From positions 1 through 64,000 of the IMG/VR virus record IMGVR_UViG_3300004369_000010: 64,000 nucleotides of DNA; one strand, given 5' to 3'. A program made the position numbers and the translations under genes. This stretch comes from a virus. Shown one piece after another: positions 55,715-64,000 of this stretch. Every line of letters starts with the position of its first letter. The first letter of the stretch is position 1. The notes under the pieces were generated by a model that saw nothing but the letters and a program-made list of their open reading frames with translations, ran no database searches and was not told the DNA's origin.

Positions 55715-56992
55715 ATGGATCAAATCACCTCCATCAACAACGCCATCAGCGCGCAGGCAAACCGAGTGGATGCCATCCGTCGTGCCCTACAGCCCCTGCC
55801 TGGCAAACTTCACCAACTAGATGTCAACAACATCACACGCTCTGCATTTGAAGACAAATGCGGGAAAGCAGCGGTTGCCATCGAATCCGGAAAAGTCATC
55901 CCGGCACATCTCCTCCAGCAGACAGCCAACGTGATCGCACCCATCATTGAATGGACTGGCAAAATGAGCGAATACGGCAAAGGCGACCTCAAAGCCAACC
56001 CCGACGGGATGACAACCAGCATCCTCAGAAGCAAGCGCCTGGATAGATCGTCAGACAACTACTACGACAACATCTTCCACGCAATCTCAACAAACCTTGC
56101 CGAAACGGGACTGTTGAGCCACGATGTCACATTCATCAACAGCGACATCATCGACCTCCTGCTCCATGCGTCATCTTCCCTGGAGCCTGAAGCGATTCAC
56201 TATGAAGACCTCATCGCACCCAGCGGGTTCTGCTACCTAGAGAAGCCGATCATTGTCGGTGACTACCATCCTGATACCGGCGAGTTCGACACTTCCATCA
56301 CGTTTGGATGGCGAGCATTCGCTTGGTGTGTCACGGAAGGCGGCCTGAACTTCTACATCTACTCCGACTGGGGTTGCTACCGATACCTGTATCTTCCCAG
56401 CACCGAGGATCACGACCCCGTGGCCCCTTCGCTTCGACTGTCCGAGGTCGCTGCTTGGCGCGATGACGACATCTTCATCTGCGACGTACAGCGATGGGAC
56501 CTTGACAAGCCGTGGAGTGCTTCACGTATGACTGCTGACGAACAGCAGGAGGCTCTAATTTTTTCGGGCAGTTCCGGTGTTGTTGTGAACCCGCACGTTG
56601 AACTGTTTCGCAAGTTCTTCTTGACCATGATGCGTTTCTGTTGGCAGGAACTTCTTGTATCGGAAAGAGCAACTGTGACCCGCCAGATTCGCCGTGCCGC
56701 CGTCCGAGACCTCGGCAAGGACTTCACGATGAACGTCCTTCGTTTGCGTCGCATCAAGAAGAAGAAGTCAGGCGAAGACGACGAACCCGGTGAAGGCCAT
56801 CGGCTTGACCATCGAATCGTCGTCCGAGGGCATTGGGTGAACCAGTACTACTCAAGTCGTGGACCTTGCCTTCTGGAAGACGGCACCACGAACCCTGCCT
56901 CGCATCAACGCATCTGGAAAGATCCGTACGTGAAAGGTCCGGAAGACGCACCCTTCGTCCGCAAACATAAGATCAATGCCCTTGTCCGCTAG
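55715..56992 (+). CDS. Hypothetical protein
   Basis: Leaderless promoter TTGACA(55680)-17-TATGCT-6-ATG; C-terminal VRGHW..Q..IW...YVKGP motif. Confidence 0.7.
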   Translation: MDQITSINNAISAQANRVDAIRRALQPLPGKLHQLDVNNITRSAFEDKCGKAAVAIESGKVIPAHLLQQTANVIAPIIEWTGKMSEYGKGDLKANPDGMTTSILRSKRLDRSSDNYYDNIFHAISTNLAETGLLSHDVTFINSDIIDLLLHASSSLEPEAIHYEDLIAPSGFCYLEKPIIVGDYHPDTGEFDTSITFGWRAFAWCVTEGGLNFYIYSDWGCYRYLYLPSTEDHDPVAPSLRLSEVAAWRDDDIFICDVQRWDLDKPWSASRMTADEQQEALIFSGSSGVVVNPHVELFRKFFLTMMRFCWQELLVSERATVTRQIRRAAVRDLGKDFTMNVLRLRRIKKKKSGEDDEPGEGHRLDHRIVVRGHWVNQYYSSRGPCLLEDGTTNPASHQRIWKDPYVKGPEDAPFVRKHKINALVR

Positions 56993-57050
56993 CGAACTAA
57001 CTGGTCGTGCTAGGTTCCGTTCACCGCTCCACGGCGGTCCCCACCACGGC

Positions 57051-57079
57051 AAGAGCCTCCGGTTCATCCGGGGGCTTTT
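57051..57079 (+). terminator. Rho-independent terminator
   Basis: AAGAGCCTCCGG-TTCAT-CCGGGGGCTTTT. Confidence 0.6.
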
Positions 57080-57091
57080 GCTTATAAGGCC

Positions 57092-57508
57092 ATGACTACT
57101 CGCATCGTTCTTCCTCCCGAAAACGCTCGATCTACTTCGCTAAGTTCAACAGACTTCTCTCGAATCGCTCGGGCCATCAAAGTCGCTCGACTTTCTCGTC
57201 TTCGTGTACGGGTTGGAGCCGTTGTCGCATCTGGCAAGCATCTGAGCGGGGCTTGTAACCGTGAACGCAACGACCCTCGATTCGGCTACCTAGATGCGTC
57301 GGTCCATGCGGAGATCGGTGCGTTGCGGCGGATGAGTTCAGCTGCTGGTGGGACGATCTATGTGGCTCGACTTGGGAAGAATGGTCGACTGCTGTCCTCC
57401 TTTCCGTGTCCTCGTTGTGTACCAGCCCTGGTGTCCCATCGGATTCGGAGGATTGTTTGGTGGGATGGCTCTCGGTGGGTTTCCACTAAAATCTCACAAA
57501 TCCAATAG
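57092..57508 (+). CDS. Second zinc-dependent (cytidine/dCMP-type) deaminase
   Basis: RVGAVV, VHAEIGAL, IYVAR and FPCPRC. Confidence 0.8.
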   Translation: MTTRIVLPPENARSTSLSSTDFSRIARAIKVARLSRLRVRVGAVVASGKHLSGACNRERNDPRFGYLDASVHAEIGALRRMSSAAGGTIYVARLGKNGRLLSSFPCPRCVPALVSHRIRRIVWWDGSRWVSTKISQIQ

Positions 57509-57609
57509 TGCTTTGACCTGGTGTTTTATTGTGTTAGGCGGCTACTGGCTTGCCCTTTTGTAACACAATGGTAAACTAGATACACCTCAAAAGCGGTGGG
57601 GACCGCAGC

Positions 57610-58278
57610 TTGGAGATACCCATGTACATCAAAGGCTTATTTGCGTTCATACTTACAGCCACCGGCATCGTCGGTGCGGGCAAAGTCGCAACCGAGGTTG
57701 TTGACACCGTCGGCCCAAAGGTATCCGTGGAATCAGTTGTTCGACGGGTTGATCCGCCCGCAGCACCGGTTCGACAGGAGCAGCCGCCCGCATCAACATC
57801 GACAACGACAACGACCACTCTCCCCGATCTGTCACATGTTGACTTCACGGGACTGCTGGCCCTAGAAGCTCAGGCTGCGTCGCTTGAGCCGCGGATCGAA
57901 TACGGCAAGTGCGGCGAATGGCGGGAGTTGGCCCTCATGGTGGGTTGGCCCGTCGAAGAATGGCCGACTTTGTCCCATGTTCTGTATCGAGAAAGTCGAT
58001 GCTCTGTTGGCAGCCATAATCGAACCGATCCGATGTCGGGCAGCCGTGGGCTTCTTCAGATCAACGGGTTCTGGTGTCGACCGTCCCGCTACAGTCCCGC
58101 AGGGTGGCTTCAGGAGCGGGGTATCTTGTCGAACTGCGATGACCTGTACGATCCGGTGATCAACCTCCGGGCTGGGCTTGCTATCTGGCTCTATGGCGAG
58201 GACAAGCACGGGTGCGGTTGGCGTGGCCCGTGGGCGACACCCTGCGACAAGTACACAAAGATTCAGCCACATCCCTGA
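57610..58278 (+). CDS. Secreted lytic transglycosylase (SLT/lysozyme-like)
   Basis: N-terminal signal, Thr-rich linker, YRESRC, SRGLLQING and LYDPVINLRAG. Confidence 0.8.
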   Translation: MEIPMYIKGLFAFILTATGIVGAGKVATEVVDTVGPKVSVESVVRRVDPPAAPVRQEQPPASTSTTTTTTLPDLSHVDFTGLLALEAQAASLEPRIEYGKCGEWRELALMVGWPVEEWPTLSHVLYRESRCSVGSHNRTDPMSGSRGLLQINGFWCRPSRYSPAGWLQERGILSNCDDLYDPVINLRAGLAIWLYGEDKHGCGWRGPWATPCDKYTKIQPHP

Positions 58279-58298
58279 CGGACTGTTCCGTAGATAGC

Positions 58299-58337
58299 GA
58301 AGAACCCCACCGAAGGGGGAGTACGGTGGGGTTCTTC
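58299..58337. terminator. Terminator hairpin
   Basis: GAAGAACCCCACCG...CGGTGGGGTTCTTC. Confidence 0.65.
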
Positions 58338-58931
58338 TGTTTGTGAGGTTCAGCCGTTCGCTACAGCGTGGCTGGCTTCATCGCTCGGGAATGGCCCCTC
58401 GCTCGGCTCGCCTCACGCTCTAGTTACTCACCTCTTTTATTCGTCGACTAAACAGGTCGACGGCCTCACAAATCTTGTGAGATTTTGTTTGCTAGCCAGA
58501 TGACGACGTTGGCGAACAGTAGTCCGCTGGCGGCTCCGATCAGCATAGCGAGTGTTGTGTTCATGGTTTCACCTCCCAAGTTCTCCATGATCGTCCCCAT
58601 CGGGGGCTTGTCGTTCGCAAGTATGCCGCCCAGACCGGATGCTTTTCGTACAGCATCTCGGGCAGGATGACATGAACCCACTTATCAAGTGTTCTGACGA
58701 AGCGGCACGGTGAACCGAACCAGAATCGACTGGTCGGCTTGCTCTGTCCCACGGTGAATGCCTGGACGAATGCCCAGTCAATGTCCCACGGGTCAATGCC
58801 TATGGTGTCAGCCAATTTCCTCACGACTAAGATAGTACCCAGGTGTGATCGTAATGTCAACTTTCTAAATGTGACATTTTTCACCGCCTACCGTGTTGAC
58901 ATTGCTGTTCGGCTATGCCTACAATGTAGAC

Positions 58932-59105
58932 ATGACAACGGAACATTGGACAGACACACTCAACTACGATGACAAAGTCAGGGTCACCTGCTACCAGTGC
59001 TACCAGGACTACACGGTCACCGTCAGCCAGTACGAAGACAACTACCGCAAGTACGGCAACCGGTTCTACTGCTCCAGCACTTGTATCATGGGCGACTTCT
59101 ACTAA
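58932..59105 (+). CDS. Small zinc-finger protein
   Basis: Leaderless promoter TTGACA-18-TACAAT-6-ATG; CYQC...YCSSTC. Confidence 0.65.
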   Translation: MTTEHWTDTLNYDDKVRVTCYQCYQDYTVTVSQYEDNYRKYGNRFYCSSTCIMGDFY

Positions 59106-59123
59106 CCAGGGGGCAACCCCTGG

Positions 59124-61067
59124 TTACAGTCGATCCATAAACAAATCAAACACATCCTGACCCGACCCATCGGTCGGCATCTCACCCTCAATAGCGGCCG
59201 TGACAACACCACGCTTTCTCTCAATGATGTTGTAAATCTGTTCGTCAATAGTCTCGGCACACAACAAGTAAGTCGCCGTCACCGAACCCTTCTGACCCAA
59301 CCGATGACACCGTGAATAAGTCTGATCGACATCGGACGGGGTCCACGGAAGCTCCACGAACAACACATCCTCAGCAGCCGTCAAAGTATGCCCAGTCTTC
59401 GCCGCTTGGATTGACAAAACCATCGCAGGCGCATCTTCGACCGGTTCATTCTGGAAACGGGACTTCTGAGCCTCCACATCCGACACATCCATGCCACCTT
59501 GGATCTTCAGATTTCCGTACTTTGATGCGAGATCATCGACGATCTCTCGGTGATGAGCGGCGATAACAACCTTCTTCCCCGCCTCCAAATGCGACTCAAC
59601 CCACTCGGTGACCGCAGGCATCTTTGCCCTGGCAGCCAACTTGCGAAGAACACCGATGCGAACAAGGTGCTCATTCCTTTCCGCCCGCATCTTTGCCCGA
59701 ACAGCAGCAGACTTCGGTGACTCGCCCAGTTCGATGGCGATCTCCGCGGCTCGTTCCGCCAAATACTTCACGATGTCGTCTTCAGCCTTCCGGTACTCCT
59801 TCATCCCCGCAGAAGTCCCGTCAACAATCACTTTGGCGTGTCGAACGGGCGGCAGTTCCTCCAAAACTTGCTCCTTTGTTCGACGGATGTAGCAGTTGCC
59901 GCGGAGTCGATCATTGAGTTCGTCTAGATTTGAGTGGCCGCTGATGTTCCATTGACCGAATCGATCCCTGAACGCTGCGCAATACCGTCGATAAAACCCC
60001 CATTTTCCTCCAAATTCACCCAATTTGCCCAAAATGTCCAGCTGCGGTGCGTACTCAGCTGGTCGATTCGTTACCGGTGTACCGGTGAGACAGAGAACAA
60101 TGCTCTCCTTGGCTGCTGAGCGAGACATCTTGATGGCTGCTTTGGTTCGCTGCGCATCGGGGCTTTTACAGTAGTGGGACTCGTCGAAGATGTACGACCT
60201 GAAGCCGCGGAGCTGGTTCTCCCATGCTTTGATGTTTGAGTAGCCGACAACAAGGACATCAAAGCCTCCCTCTGGGAAGTCCTTTCGGTTCTTCACGGTG
60301 GCAACTTTGCGGTGCGGCAACCACTTTTCGTACTCTTTCGCCCAGTTCAGCACCAAAGTTGGGGGGCAAACCACTACGGCAGGGTACGGATCAGCATTTT
60401 CACCAAATTTGTCTAAATTCGACTTGACAAATTCCAGCGTCGCAATAGCCTGCAGCGTCTTCCCCAAACCCATGTCATCGGCAATGAAGCATCGACGAGC
60501 AGCTGAAGCGTACTGAACGCCCGCTTTCTGGTAGCCGAGCAGCGGGACTCCCGAGACTTCGATGTCCGGTGCGTCGGTTTTGCGGCTGGATTCGACAAGA
60601 GCAGCTGTTTTTTGTTGGTTTTCCTTGACAAGCTGACGTGTTTCTGCTGCTATGGGCAGCCCGAATTGATCCGCCCAGTTGACAGCTTCGCCCAAACTGG
60701 AGATCGGCGCGACCCAAGCCATCGACTTTTTGTCCCAAGTGACCGCCGGTATCGACTTCACGGCCCGAACCATCACCGGATCCCAGCTGAACTCCAGTTG
60801 GATGGTAGCCCCGCCCGGTTTGATGGTTAGTCCTTTGCGTTCTTCGGGGATGTCGAACTCAATGCGGGCTATCTCTGGCTGGATCCACCAATTCAGCTGG
60901 AGTGCGAGTTGCTGCGCCGCTTTACATTGTTTGAAGGGGATACGCCAGACTTTGGCCGATGGATCCCACTTTGCTCCCCGTATCTCTTTGATAGCGGTCA
61001 CGGTGTCTTTGTCGTAGTCGAAGGTAGCGACGAGTGTGTCGTCGCCGAGTAGTAGTTGTCCGTTCAT
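59124..61067 (-). CDS. SNF2-family helicase (HARP/SMARCAL1-like)
   Basis: ADDMGLGKT, DESH, LTGTP and QTYSRCHRLGQ; two N-terminal WD...W repeats. Confidence 0.92.
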   Translation of the reverse strand: MNGQLLLGDDTLVATFDYDKDTVTAIKEIRGAKWDPSAKVWRIPFKQCKAAQQLALQLNWWIQPEIARIEFDIPEERKGLTIKPGGATIQLEFSWDPVMVRAVKSIPAVTWDKKSMAWVAPISSLGEAVNWADQFGLPIAAETRQLVKENQQKTAALVESSRKTDAPDIEVSGVPLLGYQKAGVQYASAARRCFIADDMGLGKTLQAIATLEFVKSNLDKFGENADPYPAVVVCPPTLVLNWAKEYEKWLPHRKVATVKNRKDFPEGGFDVLVVGYSNIKAWENQLRGFRSYIFDESHYCKSPDAQRTKAAIKMSRSAAKESIVLCLTGTPVTNRPAEYAPQLDILGKLGEFGGKWGFYRRYCAAFRDRFGQWNISGHSNLDELNDRLRGNCYIRRTKEQVLEELPPVRHAKVIVDGTSAGMKEYRKAEDDIVKYLAERAAEIAIELGESPKSAAVRAKMRAERNEHLVRIGVLRKLAARAKMPAVTEWVESHLEAGKKVVIAAHHREIVDDLASKYGNLKIQGGMDVSDVEAQKSRFQNEPVEDAPAMVLSIQAAKTGHTLTAAEDVLFVELPWTPSDVDQTYSRCHRLGQKGSVTATYLLCAETIDEQIYNIIERKRGVVTAAIEGEMPTDGSGQDVFDLFMDRL

Positions 61068-61116
61068 GCCGGTCAGTCTACCCCGAAAAAAAATCTCAAA
61101 AATCTCCCCCGGTGAG

Positions 61117-61145
61117 TTGACATGGCTAGTTTTATGCGATACCTT
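61117..61145 (+). promoter_or_regulatory. SigmaA-type promoter
   Basis: TTGACA-17-TACCTT, then a GGGAAC/GTTCCC hairpin and a GGGAGG RBS. Confidence 0.7.
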
Positions 61146-61193
61146 TATGTATGTCAACGGGAACGAGAGTTCCCCCGTCAATAGGGAGGTTCA

Positions 61194-61493
61194 ATGTCAA
61201 AGACAAAGAACAAGTCCGAAGCGTGGGTATGCGTGGACTGCTACTTCGCTCACCACTACGGCGTGGATAGTGTGGAGAACCCGGATCCCCGGTGGAATTC
61301 CGCAGCATTCACCGAGTCAATGACTAAGGGTGAATACACCGACTGGTCATGCCCGGATCACAACTACACCGAGTCTTGGTGCTACGAGTGCGATAGCGAT
61401 GACGATGGAACGACAACGTTCTCTAAGTCGTCTTGCGATACTTGCCACTCCATCATCGCCGGTAGTCGTCACCGGCTTTGCTACTGGAACTAA
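61194..61493 (+). CDS. Cys-rich hypothetical protein
   Basis: CVDC, CYEC and FSKSSCDTC...GSRH. Confidence 0.65.
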   Translation: MSKTKNKSEAWVCVDCYFAHHYGVDSVENPDPRWNSAAFTESMTKGEYTDWSCPDHNYTESWCYECDSDDDGTTTFSKSSCDTCHSIIAGSRHRLCYWN

Positions 61494-61556
61494 TCAGTTA
61501 CGGGGGGTTACCTACGGGTGACCCCCCGTGCTACACCCCTACACTAAGGTCGAACT

Positions 61557-61778
61557 ATGACAACTAAATCAGTAAAGAACTCACCTACATTCTTATCAAC
61601 CGGTGAACAAGTCAACGCTCCGAAGGCTACCGCTATCACTTACCGTGACCGTGGAGTTCGCACACTTGACGACATCACACTCAACCGGGCAAGGTTCGTC
61701 GCCCACTTCATCAACGACAACTGTCAATGCCGTGACTGCTCCCGTCGACGAGAACTACTGACCGACTTACTACTGTAA
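61557..61778 (+). CDS. Hypothetical protein
   Basis: TAAGGT -10 lies 6 nt before the ATG; CQCRDC. Confidence 0.55.
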   Translation: MTTKSVKNSPTFLSTGEQVNAPKATAITYRDRGVRTLDDITLNRARFVAHFINDNCQCRDCSRRRELLTDLLL

Positions 61779-61788
61779 ACTCCACGGA

Positions 61789-62082
61789 ATGGCCCGAGTA
61801 TCGCCGTTCCGACTACTACTACCCCGAAGAACGAGTCGTGCTACGCAAGTGGCACGACTCTCTCTTTGTAACGACTGCCCCCACTACGCCCCAACAAGTC
61901 AACGTTGCGGAGTGTGCGGGTGCTTTATGAAACTCAAAGTGTCGATCCCCGAAGCCGAGTGTCCTATTGGCAAGTGGGGGGAAGCCGAGTCGCTCAGAAC
62001 AACTGGCCGTTTTCGTATTGCGGCACTCTTCGACTCTCAAAGCAAATCCGATGAGCGTACTGACGGAGATCAACGGGACTGA
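61789..62082 (+). CDS. Cys-rich protein (DUF6171-like)
   Basis: RLSLCNDC...CGVCGCFMKLK...CPIGKW. Confidence 0.6.
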   Translation: MARVSPFRLLLPRRTSRATQVARLSLCNDCPHYAPTSQRCGVCGCFMKLKVSIPEAECPIGKWGEAESLRTTGRFRIAALFDSQSKSDERTDGDQRD

Positions 62083-62197
62083 TGATCCGGGCGGGCCGCC
62101 CGTTCTTGCCGTTTTCGGCCCAGCAGCTGATTTTTCGAACTACTCCAGCTGAGTCGATTCGAAGCTGCTCGCCGCAGATCTCACATTTTGCGTACAC
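61994..62197 (-). CDS. Small Zn-ribbon protein
   Basis: CEICG...AHRIC; convergent overlap with the previous ORF. Confidence 0.4.
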   Translation of the reverse strand: MYAKCEICGEQLRIDSAGVVRKISCWAENGKNGRPARIISPVDLRQYAHRICFESRRVPQYENGQLF

Positions 62198-62458
62198 ATC
62201 GACAGGGTATCAGGAGTCCCGTGTGAAGTTGCCGCTACTTCTCACGGTGGTGGAAGACAAAGCTGCTGCCGACATTTTTGTGGTGTGCGGGGTTTTTGAC
62301 GGGTTGTCGTTGTGTTGTCGACGAGCTGGTGCTGCGGGTTGTCGATGAGCTCGTTCTTTTCTTCGGGTTGCGGGGGTAGTGCCGAGAGTGAGGGGTTCGG
62401 GAATAGCAAAACCCCCTCCGCTGGGGAGGGGGTCGTCGCTAGGGGGTGGGGGAGGTGA

Positions 62459-62761
62459 TTAGGGGAGGTCAACCCCGACGATGATCGCGTAGTAGGTGGC
62501 GATTAGTCGGCGGTCGGCGGTGTGGCTGTCCTCGCCCATCAGCATTTTGAGGGCGTGTCGAATAAAGCGGTAGGGGGGAACCGGCAGGTCTCGCCCTCTC
62601 GCTCTGAATTCGTCCATCTGGGCGAGGATGTTAGTGGCAAGGTCGGCAGCCAGGTCTAGGCACTCCTGGGCGGTGGCCTCGCTGGTGCTTTCGGCGTGTC
62701 GCTTTTCGGCCTCCGCTAGTTTTGCGAATACCGGCGGTTCGCCGTTTACTTTGATTTCCAT
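62459..62761 (-). CDS. Hypothetical protein
   Basis: Promoter TTGACA(62828)-17-TACACT and an AAGGAGG RBS. Confidence 0.6.
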   Translation of the reverse strand: MEIKVNGEPPVFAKLAEAEKRHAESTSEATAQECLDLAADLATNILAQMDEFRARGRDLPVPPYRFIRHALKMLMGEDSHTADRRLIATYYAIIVGVDLP

Positions 62762-62907
62762 AGGAACCTCCTTAGGTTCGATTAGTAGGTACAAGGGAGA
62801 GTGTAACCCCTCCCCCGTACCGTGTCAACTTTTTCGGTTAGATTTTTCTGATTTCTTTGTGGCGATCATCCCGGACATAGGAACGATCACCCCCACGACC
62901 GACGAGG

Positions 62908-63267
62908 TCATCCGTACCGTCTCATGGATGCCTGGTATGCCTCTTCGCCCACCTGATCGCAATAGATGCCGAAGTTCCGGTATTCGTTCACGATGCGGCC
63001 CTTATTGTCGCCCTTCGTGATGATCCGGTTCTGGCTCACAATGTAGGTGTCATCCCAATTTAGGACGATGTCGACACACCGACCGGTTCCGCACGGCAGG
63101 CGCAACCCGACGGTCTCGTCGTTCTCGTCGTAGATGGCGAACGCTTGCCCGCCCGAAATGGCATAGATGGTCATCTTGCCGATTTGCTGCGCGATGACAT
63201 TCGGATCACACGGGCGACCCTCTGCCTTCTCGCTCATCAATTTGATCTTGCTAATACTTGCGGTCAT
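62908..63267 (-). CDS. Hypothetical protein
   Basis: GAAAGGG RBS; upstream promoter TTGACA(63445)-17-TACGAT. Confidence 0.65.
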   Translation of the reverse strand: MTASISKIKLMSEKAEGRPCDPNVIAQQIGKMTIYAISGGQAFAIYDENDETVGLRLPCGTGRCVDIVLNWDDTYIVSQNRIITKGDNKGRIVNEYRNFGIYCDQVGEEAYQASMRRYG

Positions 63268-63283
63268 CGTTTCCCTTTCGTTC

Positions 63284-63325
63284 GATGTGTACGAGGTGTG
63301 TATGGATGTGTACGAGGTGTGTATG
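63284..63325. repeat. 21-bp perfect tandem repeat
   Basis: GATGTGTACGAGGTGTGTATG x2. Confidence 0.9.
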
Positions 63326-63561
63326 GGGGAGCCGTCCGGTTTCCCTTGCCCGGCTCCCCCCGCCATAATGGCGGCGGTGTTTCCATAACCTCCTCCTTCC
63401 TTCCTAACTACTAGAGATCGTACTGACTAAATTTATCCATGTCAACCTCAAAGGTGGATTTTTTCAGAAATCTTTTTTTTTAGATTTATTCGATCACAGG
63501 TTGCTTTTGCTACACCTATCGGTTAGAGTCATCCATACCTACTACAGAAAAGGAGAAAGCA

Positions 63562-63663
63562 ATGACCGCCACCTGCCAAGAATGCGGCCAGACATTTGAT
63601 CTTCTGAACGAAGAAGAGGCCAACGAATTCCATTACGGTCACGACTGCGAGGAGGAGCAATGA
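63562..63663 (+). CDS. Tiny Zn-ribbon peptide (33 aa)
   Basis: AAGGAG RBS; MTATCQECGQTFDLLNEEEANEFHYGHDCEEEQ. Confidence 0.55.
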   Translation: MTATCQECGQTFDLLNEEEANEFHYGHDCEEEQ

Positions 63664-63878
63664 CCACTAACTACCGACACCTCGTCAATACGGGGTACAT
63701 CGACAGGGCCGATGCCGTAGCGATGATGTACCCCGAACGGGCCAAAGCACTACATCCCATCCCCTACCCGTGGGAGGACTGGTGTCAGGCCACCGACAAA
63801 GAGGCCGACACCGACTGCCGCCTCGTTACCGGCAAAGGGCAGCACTACTGCTACCCCTGCTGGCTAAAGAACGTCTAG
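63660..63878 (+). CDS. Hypothetical protein
   Basis: GGAGG RBS and ATGA overlap. Confidence 0.55.
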   Translation: MTTNYRHLVNTGYIDRADAVAMMYPERAKALHPIPYPWEDWCQATDKEADTDCRLVTGKGQHYCYPCWLKNV

Positions 63879-63926
63879 CCAACAGCTAGCAAAGCGTTCC
63901 TTGCCTGTCCCCCACTAGCAAGGACA

Positions 63927-63966
63927 AGGAAGAACCCGTCGACCGAAAGGTTGGCGGGTTCTTCCT
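63927..63966 (+). terminator. Terminator hairpin
   Basis: AGGAAGAACCCGTCGACC-GAAA-GGTTGGCGGGTTCTTCCT. Confidence 0.7.
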
Positions 63967-64000
63967 TTACCCCCATCGACCGGGAAAATCGCTAGTAAGG

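Overview
64-kb segment of a tailed dsDNA phage with a contractile tail (myovirus), probably infecting an actinobacterium. The host call is an inference from a DUF732-like lipoprotein, HG..Y..GCRC..C zinc proteins and many leaderless sigmaA-type promoters. Bases 1-27.3 kb (minus strand) hold the tail fibre, baseplate, tape measure, tube, sheath and neck genes. Bases 27.3-40 kb (minus) hold an ADP-ribosylglycohydrolase/phosphatase fusion, a glycosyltransferase + IbrA/IbrB-like + ParB cluster, dCMP deaminase, RuvC, HNH, a RecB-like nuclease, a Rad52-like annealase and the terminase large subunit. Bases 40-48.4 kb (plus) hold a portal-MuF fusion coupled to a zeta-kinase/ADP-ribosyltransferase gene, a C5 methyltransferase spread over three frames, and an extreme A+C-skewed island. 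Bases 48.4-64 kb are a GC-richer region of small promoter/terminator cassettes, with an atypical tRNA-Ile(UAU), MazG, SSB, DUF932, a second deaminase, a lytic transglycosylase and an SNF2 helicase. No major capsid gene or prohead protease is visible in the window. The top hypothesis is a matched writer/eraser pair: a probably virion-delivered kinase + Arg-ADP-ribosyltransferase, and a separately promoted ADP-ribosylhydrolase + phosphatase. All product calls come from motif recognition by eye; no database searches were run.
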